Positions 8,341 through 18,359 of a stretch of DNA of 62,381 nucleotides are shown here, piece after piece. Positions within the stretch are counted from its first letter, which is position 1. The number at the start of each line of letters is the position of its first letter. The position numbers were made by a program, and so were the translations under genes. The notes below the pieces were generated by a model. That model saw only the letters and a program-made list of their open reading frames with translations, ran no database searches and was not told where the DNA came from. The stretch spans positions 1 to 62,381 of IMG/VR virus record IMGVR_UViG_3300013125_000007; one strand, written 5' to 3'. This DNA is from a virus (lineage: Duplodnaviria > Caudoviricetes).

Positions 8341-8831
8341 AGAAAAACGAAAGTGAAAATAATATTATTAAATTTTACGTTTCATTAGTTAAAATTGATA
8401 AAATGATAACGGAAAACTATTATAGTTGGTTGCATAATGAAATACGGGCATATAGTACACTTCATAATAAATCATATGATGAGGTTTATACTAATTTTAT
8501 TACAACTATGATTGCACCGAATTTTTCAATAGCAGAAAATCTAAATGTGACACTGAGACTAATGTTATATCCTATTTATAATAGATACAATATTGACGAT
8601 AAGTCATTTAAAGATTTTAACATTGATATAAATACCCTATTATCAATAAACGCCTTCAGTAGAATGTCAACAAATTCTTTAAGTTTAATTTCATTTGAAT
8701 TTAAAAATAAAAAATTAAGTACACTAAGTTTTAAAACTAGTATTGGATCGATTAACACATATAATTATAAATATGAACTTAAGTCTATCAAATTGGTAGA
8801 TGGTTATATAATGAACTATCAAGAGGAATAA
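8334..8831 (+). CDS. Hypothetical protein
   Basis: 165-aa ORF overlapping the previous stop. Confidence 0.75.
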   Translation: MVKKNESENNIIKFYVSLVKIDKMITENYYSWLHNEIRAYSTLHNKSYDEVYTNFITTMIAPNFSIAENLNVTLRLMLYPIYNRYNIDDKSFKDFNIDINTLLSINAFSRMSTNSLSLISFEFKNKKLSTLSFKTSIGSINTYNYKYELKSIKLVDGYIMNYQEE

Positions 8832-9308
8832 ATGAAACAATTAACAATAAATAAAAAAACTTATACCGAATGTCCAGAAGCAAAAACTATTGCAACTGAA
8901 ATTTTGACAACTGAAGATATGATTAAATCTTTAGATATAGATATACCACGTGTTGAATTCATTGCTGTATATCCAAATATTTCTAAATCAATTGCCGGCA
9001 AATGTATTAAGAGTGGTAGAGAATTAAAATACTTTAGTGATTGTGATTATATAATTGAAGTATCCGGTGAAATTTGGGATACACTTAATGTAGAAACAAA
9101 ACGTATTTTAATTTTACATGAACTTCTTCATATAAAGATTACTTATAATAAAAAAAATGAAACTGTTTATGGCATAAGAGATCATGATATAAAAGATTTT
9201 TCACAAATCATTTCAAAATATGGTATAGACTGGTTTAATACACTTAAATTAAGTATATCATCTTTATATGATTTTGACCCATCAAAAGAAAATAGCATTA
9301 AGATCTAA
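8832..9308 (+). CDS. Putative phage metallopeptidase
   Basis: AGKC..DYIIEV...W....LILHELLHI...IRDHDIKDF...YG pattern of the phage metallopeptidase family. Confidence 0.8.
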   Translation: MKQLTINKKTYTECPEAKTIATEILTTEDMIKSLDIDIPRVEFIAVYPNISKSIAGKCIKSGRELKYFSDCDYIIEVSGEIWDTLNVETKRILILHELLHIKITYNKKNETVYGIRDHDIKDFSQIISKYGIDWFNTLKLSISSLYDFDPSKENSIKI

Positions 9309-9376
9309 ATCACTGAATATGATTTAATTTAAATTTTTCTATATTTATAAAAATACAATACATAAGGAAATACAGT

Positions 9377-9577
9377 ATGCGATATCGAGCACAAATAAGT
9401 AGTAAGTTGGATAATTTAAAAAATGGAATAGAATTAACCAAACGTGGTTTAACTAATCGCACAATCACTGCTGAAGAAACTGTAAGAAATTTAGATACAG
9501 CTTTAAATATTATAGAAGACACTATTAATTTAGTCGACAAGGAATATGACAGTCGTCCTATTAGAGAAAAGAATTGA
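9377..9577 (+). CDS. Small helical hypothetical protein
   Basis: 66-aa ORF, TATTTATA at 9342-9349, AAGGA RBS. Confidence 0.75.
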   Translation: MRYRAQISSKLDNLKNGIELTKRGLTNRTITAEETVRNLDTALNIIEDTINLVDKEYDSRPIREKN

Positions 9578-10563
9578 AGATAACACCATTATTGTTAATA
9601 ACTATATTGTCATCTCTTTTAATTGCAAGTATTGCTGCGTTATTTTCAGTAACTGGTATATCAATGTTATTTTCAAAACGAGGATTGCAAGTTGCGACAA
9701 TGGCGTCCTTTTTAGAAATAGGAAAACTAGTACTAACTACAATAGTTTATAGATATTGGAATATTTTAAGTAAGTTATTAAAATCATATATGGTAACTGC
9801 AGTTGTGATATTAATGATAATTACATCTGCTGGTATTTTTGGTTATTTGTCAGATGCATATCAACGAACTAAAGGTAATTATGACATCATTGATAAAGAA
9901 GTTCAAATATTAATAAATAGAAAACAATTACTTAGTACTGAATATAGTAGGTTTGAAACTAGATTAAATAGTTTAGTTCAAAATAGAACAACAATAGAAA
10001 GTAGATTAGATAATTTATATCAAAGTGGTGCGGTATCAAGTGTTAAACGTGTAGAACAAAGTATTAAAATTCAAGATAATCAAATAGAAGGATTAAATAA
10101 AAATTTATCAACAATTTCAGATTCTATATCTTCAATAGAAAAACAGATTATAGAAAAACAATCAGTTAATATAAGTGGTGAACTTGGTCCTCTTATGTAT
10201 ATTTCAACTGCATTTAATACTGATATGGATTCAGTAGTGAAAATTTTTATTTTAGTATTAATATTTGTATTTGATCCTCTTGCACTATCTTTACTTATTT
10301 CTGCGAATACAATATATAGTAAATCTCATATCACAAATGTTGAATGGACACATGCATTAACAAAAAAGAAAGATAATATAAAAAATACAAATATTGTAAC
10401 ACCTGATGTACCAGATGATATAACAGATACACCTAATGAAATATTACCTACAGATACTAATGTAATTGAAGAACCTATACCTCAGGAGCCTATACGTGAG
10501 GAAAATATTCAACCTACTAAATTTTCTAAATGGAAGTGGAAAACTTCTAATTGGGCAGATTAA
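9574..10563 (+). CDS. Membrane protein with three N-terminal TM helices, coiled coil and C-terminal TM segment
   Basis: Hydrophobic stretches, LEIGKLV, GIFGYLS, ELGPLMY, IFVFDPLAL. Confidence 0.85.
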   Translation: MKITPLLLITILSSLLIASIAALFSVTGISMLFSKRGLQVATMASFLEIGKLVLTTIVYRYWNILSKLLKSYMVTAVVILMIITSAGIFGYLSDAYQRTKGNYDIIDKEVQILINRKQLLSTEYSRFETRLNSLVQNRTTIESRLDNLYQSGAVSSVKRVEQSIKIQDNQIEGLNKNLSTISDSISSIEKQIIEKQSVNISGELGPLMYISTAFNTDMDSVVKIFILVLIFVFDPLALSLLISANTIYSKSHITNVEWTHALTKKKDNIKNTNIVTPDVPDDITDTPNEILPTDTNVIEEPIPQEPIREENIQPTKFSKWKWKTSNWAD

Positions 10564-10647
10564 TTTTATAAACTATTTACTTTTAAGTTTTTAAAAATTA
10601 TATTTAATTTATAAATTTTATAAATAATTAGGTAACACAAAAATATA

Positions 10648-11118
10648 ATGCGAAGAAAAAAGATTACTAAGATGTCTAAGATCGACTTAGATAAATTTAA
10701 AGAGCAAAATACTATAACATTATATTGTTCTAAATGTAATGCAGAAGTTAATGGTTGTACTTCTACTGCAGTTTCAGTTTTATGTTTTAGATGTACGACT
10801 TTACTTGCTCCTATCGAAGAAAAAATCAAAAAGGAACCTAGTGGATTTCCTAGAGGTTGGAAATTGTATGCCAGATTTGTTCATGCCGATGGTTCAGTAT
10901 ATGATAAAGGAATTGAACAACCTGAATTAAAAGGTACTCTTAAACCCACTGATATGGAAGAAATCAAAAAGAAAAGTGCAGCAAAGAAAATTTCTAAAAA
11001 AGAAAAAATTAAAAAGAATGATTATAAATTGGAAAAAAGATTTGAAAAAAGAAAAGAAGCAAAAAAACTGGCAAACAAGAATAAAAAAAATAAAATAAAG
11101 GAATTGTTAAATGCGTAA
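10648..11118 (+). CDS. Zn-ribbon protein with basic tail
   Basis: CSKC...CFRC, GFPRGW, Lys-rich C-terminus. Confidence 0.8.
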   Translation: MRRKKITKMSKIDLDKFKEQNTITLYCSKCNAEVNGCTSTAVSVLCFRCTTLLAPIEEKIKKEPSGFPRGWKLYARFVHADGSVYDKGIEQPELKGTLKPTDMEEIKKKSAAKKISKKEKIKKNDYKLEKRFEKRKEAKKLANKNKKNKIKELLNA

Positions 11119-11833
11119 TTATTATTTTGATAATGATAATTTAAATGAATATTCTATTCATTTTTGGACTATACCTGGAAAAATAGTAAAGGACAGAAAT
11201 TATTTATCTAATAAAACATTACCAGTTGATGACATTAATTTAGGTGAAAAAATTGCTACAAAGTTATTAAATACAATAGGAAAACATGGTCGAGATGCTA
11301 TTGGCTTAAGTGCAAATCAAATTGGAATAAATAGACAAGTATGTGTTATTAATGTAACATCTCCTTTAATTTTTATTAACCCTGAAATTATAGAAACTTA
11401 TACAATCGATAATTCTTCAACATTAATTAATGATATTTTTATAGAAGGATGTTTATCATTTCCTGGTAAATACGCACATGTTAAACGTGCAATCGGTATT
11501 AAAGTTAATGCTCTCAATCTATCTGAACCAATCATATTTGGTGCAATTGATGAAGAAGATTACAATAAGAAAGGATTAGGTCACTCTAATTATCCTCATA
11601 TGTTAGAGTGTGTTACTATTCAGCATGAGATTGATCACTTAAATGGTATTACAATGTTAGATAGAAATATTATATCTAAACCAATTATTGCAAAACATAA
11701 AATTGGTAGAAATGAAACTGTAAAGATTCATAAAGGTGATGAATTTAAAATAATTAAATTCAAAATATTTTCTAAGTATCAAACCGAAGGTTGGAATTTA
11801 ATAAATGACAGTGATTATCTTTCAGGATTTTAA
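11111..11833 (+). CDS. def: Peptide deformylase
   Basis: All three PDF motifs: IGLSANQIG, EGCLS, QHEIDHLNG. Confidence 0.95.
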   Translation: MRNYYFDNDNLNEYSIHFWTIPGKIVKDRNYLSNKTLPVDDINLGEKIATKLLNTIGKHGRDAIGLSANQIGINRQVCVINVTSPLIFINPEIIETYTIDNSSTLINDIFIEGCLSFPGKYAHVKRAIGIKVNALNLSEPIIFGAIDEEDYNKKGLGHSNYPHMLECVTIQHEIDHLNGITMLDRNIISKPIIAKHKIGRNETVKIHKGDEFKIIKFKIFSKYQTEGWNLINDSDYLSGF

Positions 11834-12094
11834 ATGATAGATCAAATTAAAATAATTAATAATAGACTTAGTTATTTATATGATATATGCGTAGTAACTA
11901 ATAGTGCAATTGAATCATTAAGTACAATAGTATCAGTACTTAAAGAGGTAATTATCAAGTCAAAATTAATGAAGCCGAAAGAATTAGAAAAATTAATTAA
12001 GATTAAAGAAGAAGAAATAGAAAGTTTAAAAGTACAAATGCAAAAAGAATATCTGGAAAAGATAGAATTAGAAAAAAATAAATTTATAAACTAA
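11834..12094 (+). CDS. Hypothetical coiled-coil protein
   Basis: 86-aa ORF abutting def. Confidence 0.7.
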   Translation: MIDQIKIINNRLSYLYDICVVTNSAIESLSTIVSVLKEVIIKSKLMKPKELEKLIKIKEEEIESLKVQMQKEYLEKIELEKNKFIN

Positions 12095-12105
12095 TAAGGA
12101 AAACT

Positions 12106-12426
12106 ATGTTAACTAGAGAAGAAAAAGAACAAATCGTAAAATACTTTAATGTATTGAAATCTAAATTAGGTTCACTAATTATAGTTATTTTATCTATAAT
12201 TATAGGATGGACCGCAAATTATGTATACACAAATATTACCTCAAAAGCGGTTGTATTTAAAACAGATAAAACTACATCAATCGCAATTGATGAACGTGGA
12301 AGATTACATGTATTAGATTTAGATGATCTAAAAACTGTTATTTATTCTGACACAATAGCATTAGCGATTCACTCAAAAATTTCAAATGATCTTTACAAAG
12401 ATTACGTCAACAAAACAGGAAAATAA
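12106..12426 (+). CDS. Single-pass membrane protein
   Basis: LGSLIIVILSIIIGW hydrophobic segment; AAGGA RBS. Confidence 0.75.
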   Translation: MLTREEKEQIVKYFNVLKSKLGSLIIVILSIIIGWTANYVYTNITSKAVVFKTDKTTSIAIDERGRLHVLDLDDLKTVIYSDTIALAIHSKISNDLYKDYVNKTGK

Positions 12427-12452
12427 TTTAATAATAAAATAAGGATAAATAA

Positions 12453-12959
12453 ATGAAACACATTTTTATATTGTGTCTATTTTTAATTTCAGTCACGTTT
12501 TTATCACTTAAATTAACTAACTCAACACCACTAACAAACTCAAATTCAGTTGATTTAATTAAAATTTCACCACCATATTTACAAGTATATCATGCAGTAA
12601 ATAAATATGCACCGAAATATAATGTACCAACCGGAAATGCATTTAGAACTGTAAGATTGGAAACAGGATATAAAGGACCAAACCAGGTTGACTATAATCC
12701 GTTCCAGACTTCTAGTGCTGGTGCAGAAGGTCCTTTTCAATTTATTTTATCAACTGCTAGATATATATCCGGTAATAAAAATTTATCAAGAGACGAAATA
12801 CGAAATAATATTGAACTTAATACAAAGCTTAGTATGAAGTACCAGCGTCAATTAAAAAATACATATAAAAAGTGGGCAACAGTATACGGTTACTATAATA
12901 CAGGATATCCGATTGTTAATGAATATGCGAATAAAATAGTTCGTAAAAATAGTCTGTAG
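12453..12959 (+). CDS. Lytic transglycosylase (SLT family) with N-terminal signal/anchor
   Basis: Catalytic RLETG, SSAGAEGPFQF, YYNTG; hydrophobic N-terminus. Confidence 0.85.
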   Translation: MKHIFILCLFLISVTFLSLKLTNSTPLTNSNSVDLIKISPPYLQVYHAVNKYAPKYNVPTGNAFRTVRLETGYKGPNQVDYNPFQTSSAGAEGPFQFILSTARYISGNKNLSRDEIRNNIELNTKLSMKYQRQLKNTYKKWATVYGYYNTGYPIVNEYANKIVRKNSL

Positions 12960-12995
12960 ACTATTTACATTATTAAATAAAATAAAGAAAGTTAT

Positions 12996-13754
12996 ATGAA
13001 TATGAAGTTAACAGAAGAACAATTAATTGAAAATTGGAAAAGAGTATTAGATATAATCACGACAGAAATTAAAGGTCAAAGACAAACTAATCTTTTATCA
13101 TTATACAATAACTTTGCCGAAAGAATGATTTTGGCACCAGCAAGTGGACGAGATTATTATCATGGTGCCTTTCCTGGTGGTTATATTAAACATGTTTTAA
13201 ACGTGGTAGACTTTGCATTATCAATAAATGATCTCTATATATCTAAAGGATTAGTTCCGACATATACACGTGAAGCATTAGTTTTTTCTGCATTGAATCA
13301 CGACCTTGGAAAAATTGGTGATGATGAAGGAGAATATTTTATTACTCACAATGAAAAGTGGAGAAAAGAACGTGGTGAAATATATATACACAATGGTAAG
13401 ATTAGGTATATGGATGTGCCTGATAGAGGGTTATGGTTGCTTCAAGAGTTTGGTGTCAAAGTTACTCAATCGGAAATGATAGCAATAAGATTACACGATG
13501 GAATGTATGATGAAGGCAATAATAAATATTTAGTTGTATTTTCAGAAGATAAACAACTGAAAGATGATTTACCACACATCTTACATCATGCCGATATGAT
13601 GGCAACAATTATAGAAAAAAATCAATGGAAAAAAGAAACAGGTAAAATTAAAGAAATAAATAATTCTACACCTATATTAGAATCTAAATTTAAATCAAAA
13701 CAATTGAATAAAATAACTCACGAATTTTTTAATAATATGGATAATACAAAGTAA
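12996..13754 (+). CDS. HD-domain phosphohydrolase (YhaM-like)
   Basis: PAS..YHGAFPGGYIKH, HDLGK, IRLHDG, LHHAD. Confidence 0.9.
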   Translation: MNMKLTEEQLIENWKRVLDIITTEIKGQRQTNLLSLYNNFAERMILAPASGRDYYHGAFPGGYIKHVLNVVDFALSINDLYISKGLVPTYTREALVFSALNHDLGKIGDDEGEYFITHNEKWRKERGEIYIHNGKIRYMDVPDRGLWLLQEFGVKVTQSEMIAIRLHDGMYDEGNNKYLVVFSEDKQLKDDLPHILHHADMMATIIEKNQWKKETGKIKEINNSTPILESKFKSKQLNKITHEFFNNMDNTK

Positions 13755-14060
13755 ATGGAACTTATAACAATATTCTTGTTAATATTATTATTAATATCAT
13801 GTTATATAAATTATCTCTTTTATAAAAAAGAAAATAAGTATCAGGAGATAATTTATAAATATGAGCTTACTATAGATAATATAAGTAGCTATATGAAAAT
13901 AGCACTAGAAAATTTAACAGTAATAGATAAATCACATGTATATGAAGCAGAAGATGAAGTAGGTTGGTTTTATAAAACTTTAAAAACTGTAATTATAGAT
14001 CTAAATAACAAAATTGCAACAACAGTCAATGAACAGGATATCCCGGATGAAAAAAACTAA
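13755..14060 (+). CDS. N-terminally anchored membrane protein
   Basis: Hydrophobic N-terminus, EAEDEVGWFY motif. Confidence 0.75.
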   Translation: MELITIFLLILLLISCYINYLFYKKENKYQEIIYKYELTIDNISSYMKIALENLTVIDKSHVYEAEDEVGWFYKTLKTVIIDLNNKIATTVNEQDIPDEKN

Positions 14061-14802
14061 GAAGGCTAAAAAAAGTAAAATATATATGGGACCAGATGTA
14101 GATTTAGCAATTGTTGAATACAATACCGAATCTGATTCTGTAAAACGTAACATTATCTATAATCAAAAAATTAAATATGCACTAGAGAAGTTAGCAGAAA
14201 ATATTTTAAACAATTGGAAATTTCCGTATTTAACTGAATCTTTTAAAAATAAAAAAGCAGAATTAATATCTCATTTTATTATGAATTTAGATAAATATTC
14301 TCCAGAGAAAGGAAGTTCATTTACGTATTTCACGTATGCAGGTAGAAATTATTTGATAATACACAATAACTTCAATTACGGAAAAGTTAAATGTGAAACA
14401 TCAATCAATGTGGATTCAAGTGATGAAATAAATAATATACTTCAAATTGAAGATCATAATATTTTATATGATAATGTTAGAGATGATAAACGAGAATTAA
14501 TAATCTTAATAACAGAATTTTTTGAAAAAAATGTAAATTTTATATTTAAGAAAAAAGCTGACATATTAATTGCCCACGCTATAATTCAGTTACTTCAAAA
14601 TTATGAAGATATTGAAAATTTTAATAAGAAAAATATATACATTCTGATTAGAGAGATGACTAATAGTAGATCACAAAATATTACTAAGGTATTGAATAAA
14701 ATGAAAGAATTATATAAAACTCTAATTACTCAATATTTAGAAAAAGGTGAAATTAAAATGGAATATAATCGTATAAAAAATAGTACTAAATTCTTTAAAT
14801 AA
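14047..14802 (+). CDS. Phage sigma factor-like protein (T4 gp55-like late sigma candidate)
   Basis: Region-2-like KYSPEKGSSFTYFTYAGRNYL; C-terminal HTH-like IREMT..RSQNITKVL; ATG 14047 preferred over TTG 14014. Confidence 0.65.
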   Translation: MKKTKKAKKSKIYMGPDVDLAIVEYNTESDSVKRNIIYNQKIKYALEKLAENILNNWKFPYLTESFKNKKAELISHFIMNLDKYSPEKGSSFTYFTYAGRNYLIIHNNFNYGKVKCETSINVDSSDEINNILQIEDHNILYDNVRDDKRELIILITEFFEKNVNFIFKKKADILIAHAIIQLLQNYEDIENFNKKNIYILIREMTNSRSQNITKVLNKMKELYKTLITQYLEKGEIKMEYNRIKNSTKFFK

Positions 14803-14825
14803 AATTTCACATTATTATCAACAAT

Positions 14826-14851
14826 AAAGGTTCATTTTTGAACCTTTTTTT
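14826..14851 (+). terminator. Rho-independent terminator
   Basis: AAAGGTTCA-TTTT-TGAACCTTT followed by a T tract. Confidence 0.85.
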
Positions 14852-14860
14852 GTTTCTATA

Positions 14861-14868
14861 TATTTATA
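14861..14868 (+). promoter_or_regulatory. TATTTATA late-promoter candidate opening the structural module
   Basis: Lies just after the terminator; same octamer recurs in intergenic gaps at 2607, 9342, 17236, 34043, 38219, 57400, 59370. Confidence 0.6.
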
Positions 14869-14898
14869 TTAAAAATTCTTAACTAACTGAAGTGTAAT

Positions 14899-15360
14899 AT
14901 GGAATCCCTAGATAAAGATACTGTAATATTTAAAAATAAATCATTATCAGACCTGTTAGGTGTTATTTATGATAATAGTACAAAAAAACAAAAAGTAATT
15001 GAATCATTATTAGAATCAGTAAAACCTTTATTGGCAAATATAGCAGATGTTTCTGTTATGTTACCTATATTAAAAGAGGTATTAGATGTGTCCGTAAAAA
15101 ATGATGAGCAACTTATTAAAGTTGCGGCTATAATTCAACGCCTGATACAACCTCAAGCAAAATCTAATTTTAATACACCAAATAATGAATTTATTATTTT
15201 ATCTGATACTGAAAAAGCTGATATTTTGAAAAAGTCAAAGGAATCAAGTTTTAAACTTGACACTGATAATCAGCTCAAAAATTTACAGGAAAAAATTACT
15301 AAAGCAAAAGAAATTGTACAACATGAAAATGCAAAAATAATGGAAGGAATATCTAAATAA
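14899..15360 (+). CDS. Conserved-looking hypothetical protein
   Basis: 153-aa ORF, VSVKNDEQLIKVAAIIQR. Confidence 0.8.
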   Translation: MESLDKDTVIFKNKSLSDLLGVIYDNSTKKQKVIESLLESVKPLLANIADVSVMLPILKEVLDVSVKNDEQLIKVAAIIQRLIQPQAKSNFNTPNNEFIILSDTEKADILKKSKESSFKLDTDNQLKNLQEKITKAKEIVQHENAKIMEGISK

Positions 15361-16625
15361 TGGAATATACTAATTTCGGGTCAGACAGAGAATCTAGTAG
15401 AAATCCAGGAGTATCAACACCGTCACAGGTTATGTCTAGAGCATCTAGCATGTTTGGTTCAATGCCCGGACAATCTTCTAGTGATGTGTATGCTGAAGTT
15501 ATAAATATAGTTTATAATAAAAAATCTAAACATTATAAATCAAGTTTAGATATTGGAAAAATTCAAATTAAGTATCATGGAGAAGCTGCAACTTCTGATA
15601 AACCTACAGATGATAATATTTCTAAAAATATTGCGTATCCGTTATGGTCATCTATAAACCAATATCCAGTTAAAGGTGAGACAGTTTGTATATTAAATTT
15701 TAGAGGTACAAATTACTATTATCCGTCATCAATAAATATTTTAAATCGTACAAACAATAATTCAGTATTAGGTTTATCTACATTACCGGTTATTCAATCG
15801 TCAGAACAAAAGGTCGAATCATATAAACATAATTCATTTGCTAATTCTAATACAAAACGAAATCATACTGCTTCTAATATACCTTTAGGTGACACTTTTA
15901 AAGATAAGTCATATATACCTATGCTTGCGCCAAACGAAGGTGACCTCATATTAAGTGGAAGATTTGGAAATTATATTAGATTTGGAAATAATCCATCAAC
16001 TAATTCTCCCAATATTAAAATTTCTGTATTTGGTAATATATCTAAGACATTAACTGAATCTCACATTACAGAAGAAAAATATGTAGCAAGTACGAAAGGA
16101 ATTAATAATAGTTATATTTGGTTAGTGAGTGATGAAGTTATAGATTTAACAACTGCTATTACTGGTAAATCAATATTTTTAAAATCATATAATAAAAAGA
16201 CAAGTGATTATAATAAAAGTCAAATTGTAATTTCAAGTGAACGAATTGTATTAAATTCTACATTAGCAGATTTATTATTATTTTCTGGTGGTGGAATTGC
16301 ATTAAATACAAATCAAGTTATAGCAATTGATGCTGGAAATGATGTTAATATTTCAAGTAGTACAAACTTTAATATAGACGCAAATAAAACAAACATTATA
16401 TCAAATAAAATTAATTTAGGAAGTACTAATGACACAAGTGGATTACAACCTTTAGTATTGGGTAATGAATTAATAAAGCTATTAGGTGATTTGATAGACG
16501 AAATTGTTCAAATTACAGTTGCAAATGGTGCAGGAAAATCTGGTCCACCTTTAAATACTACTAAATTATTATCTATTAAAAGAAATTTTAGAATGTTATT
16601 AAGTAAAGTATCTAAAACACAATGA
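15360..16625 (+). CDS. Baseplate hub/spike protein (gp5/gpV-like)
   Basis: YPVKGETV OB-fold signature, EGDLILSGRFGNYIRF, beta-rich spike region, QPLVLGNEL; adjacent to wedge genes. Confidence 0.65.
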   Translation: MEYTNFGSDRESSRNPGVSTPSQVMSRASSMFGSMPGQSSSDVYAEVINIVYNKKSKHYKSSLDIGKIQIKYHGEAATSDKPTDDNISKNIAYPLWSSINQYPVKGETVCILNFRGTNYYYPSSINILNRTNNNSVLGLSTLPVIQSSEQKVESYKHNSFANSNTKRNHTASNIPLGDTFKDKSYIPMLAPNEGDLILSGRFGNYIRFGNNPSTNSPNIKISVFGNISKTLTESHITEEKYVASTKGINNSYIWLVSDEVIDLTTAITGKSIFLKSYNKKTSDYNKSQIVISSERIVLNSTLADLLLFSGGGIALNTNQVIAIDAGNDVNISSSTNFNIDANKTNIISNKINLGSTNDTSGLQPLVLGNELIKLLGDLIDEIVQITVANGAGKSGPPLNTTKLLSIKRNFRMLLSKVSKTQ

Positions 16626-17209
16626 TAGTTTGGTCATCACTTATTAAAAATATGCTAGATTTATTTGTTAGTAATAAAATATCTAATATGACTTCTAGAG
16701 TTAAAGTTGATATACCAAATTCATCATCTACTCTAAATCAACTTGATTTAAATTTTGGCAGTGAAAAGAAATTTGCTAAACAGTTGGCCAATATGATTAA
16801 AAACGATATTCTAAATAATGTAACTGATATTTATAAAAATAAAATTATTAGTATAGGACCACAACATTTTAAAGATTTTGAGAATCTTATTAAAATAAGT
16901 GCTATAAGAAGTAACCTTACAGGTAAAACTAAATACTTAGTATTTGGTATAACATTAGGTTTAAGTTTATTATTACCTCAGTGTATAATGGAATCAACTT
17001 TTGTACCAGGTGGTGTAGGTGTTACAAATATGATACTAACAGGTGGTAAAGGAGTTATGGTTGAAGTACCTATTTCTAATGATCCGTTATCATTTATAAG
17101 AAATTTAAGTTCTATAATACAATTACAGCTTACACAAGTTACAGGTGTTATTAATTATGTCACACCTAATGGTACACCTCTAGTATTATCATGGGTAGGT
17201 TTAAAGTAA
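16622..17209 (+). CDS. Hypothetical baseplate-region protein
   Basis: 195-aa ORF coupled to the spike gene. Confidence 0.7.
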   Translation: MIVWSSLIKNMLDLFVSNKISNMTSRVKVDIPNSSSTLNQLDLNFGSEKKFAKQLANMIKNDILNNVTDIYKNKIISIGPQHFKDFENLIKISAIRSNLTGKTKYLVFGITLGLSLLLPQCIMESTFVPGGVGVTNMILTGGKGVMVEVPISNDPLSFIRNLSSIIQLQLTQVTGVINYVTPNGTPLVLSWVGLK

Positions 17210-17269
17210 ATTCTTAAATAAAAATCAAATTATTATATTTATATATAATTCAACAAGGAGTACACATAT

Positions 17270-17977
17270 ATGTCAATTGACAAAAAGACATTAAAAGTCA
17301 TAGATGAAGTAGTAAAGTTGAGAATAAAGAATTATTTAGCATCTACTTCTTTTAAGCAATCTATTAAAGAAATAATACATAAAGAAATGATTCAATTATT
17401 ATTAGAAAATACAATAAAATCTAATATTACTGAGGATATTGCACCTCGCGCAGTTAGATCGTCATCACCTAAAACATATCCGCAATTACCTAAGAATACA
17501 ACTAAAATGAAACCTAGAGCCGAAATTAGATATTCTAAAGATGATATACTTAATAGAATTTTATCAAATACGGCAAAAGATAAAAATGGAGTTAATTCAC
17601 TTAGTTACGGAAATCCTTTAATGGATAATGTTGATACTTTATCAAATGGTAATAAACGTGGAAGTGAACCACTCAATTTAAATTCTATAAATGATGAAGC
17701 AAGTATTATTGCTAAATCTGAATTATCTAAATATAGTAACGTAGGTAAAATTATACAGGATAATACTGATTATTCTCAATTTGAACATACAAGTGTAAAC
17801 GGAACAGCCGAAGATTCTATGTCTGACGGTCTACAAAATATTGAAACAGATTCATTGATGCAAGCGATGTCTGGAGATCCTAAATACGATCATGTAGTAA
17901 ACGCATTAACAAAAGATTATTCTAGTTTATTAAATTTAACAGAAGAAAAAGTTAAAATGAGACGACCATCAATATGA
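17270..17977 (+). CDS. Hypothetical virion-associated protein
   Basis: TATTTATA at 17236, AAGGAG RBS; IKEIIHKEMIQLLLE N-terminal motif. Confidence 0.8.
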   Translation: MSIDKKTLKVIDEVVKLRIKNYLASTSFKQSIKEIIHKEMIQLLLENTIKSNITEDIAPRAVRSSSPKTYPQLPKNTTKMKPRAEIRYSKDDILNRILSNTAKDKNGVNSLSYGNPLMDNVDTLSNGNKRGSEPLNLNSINDEASIIAKSELSKYSNVGKIIQDNTDYSQFEHTSVNGTAEDSMSDGLQNIETDSLMQAMSGDPKYDHVVNALTKDYSSLLNLTEEKVKMRRPSI

Positions 17978-18351
17978 AAGCAATAAATATAGCATGGCCA
18001 ATTCAAAAAGGAAACTCAGGTTTTTTTAATCAAACATTCGATACTTTATCTGCAGTAAAAAGTAAAATTTATATTTTATTTAATACTATGGAAAAGGAAA
18101 GACCTTTTAATCCTAATTTCGGAATAGGTTTGCAACGATATGTATTTCAACAATTAACTGATGATTTATATAATGAGTTAGAAAATAAAATAACTGACAA
18201 ATTAAATAAGTATGTTCCTGAAATTAAAATTGTATCAATTGATATAAATAATTATTTAAATGAATATACCGACCAAAATAAATTAAGTATTAGATTGTCA
18301 TTTAAATTAAAAACGAATCCAACTGTAACTGAAACTATTAATATTAATTAG
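17974..18351 (+). CDS. gp25: Baseplate wedge protein gp25-like
   Basis: LFNTMEKERPFNPNFGIGL..YVF, YVPEI pattern of the GPW/gp25 family. Confidence 0.9.
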   Translation: MKAINIAWPIQKGNSGFFNQTFDTLSAVKSKIYILFNTMEKERPFNPNFGIGLQRYVFQQLTDDLYNELENKITDKLNKYVPEIKIVSIDINNYLNEYTDQNKLSIRLSFKLKTNPTVTETININ

Positions 18352-18359
18352 AGAAACAC

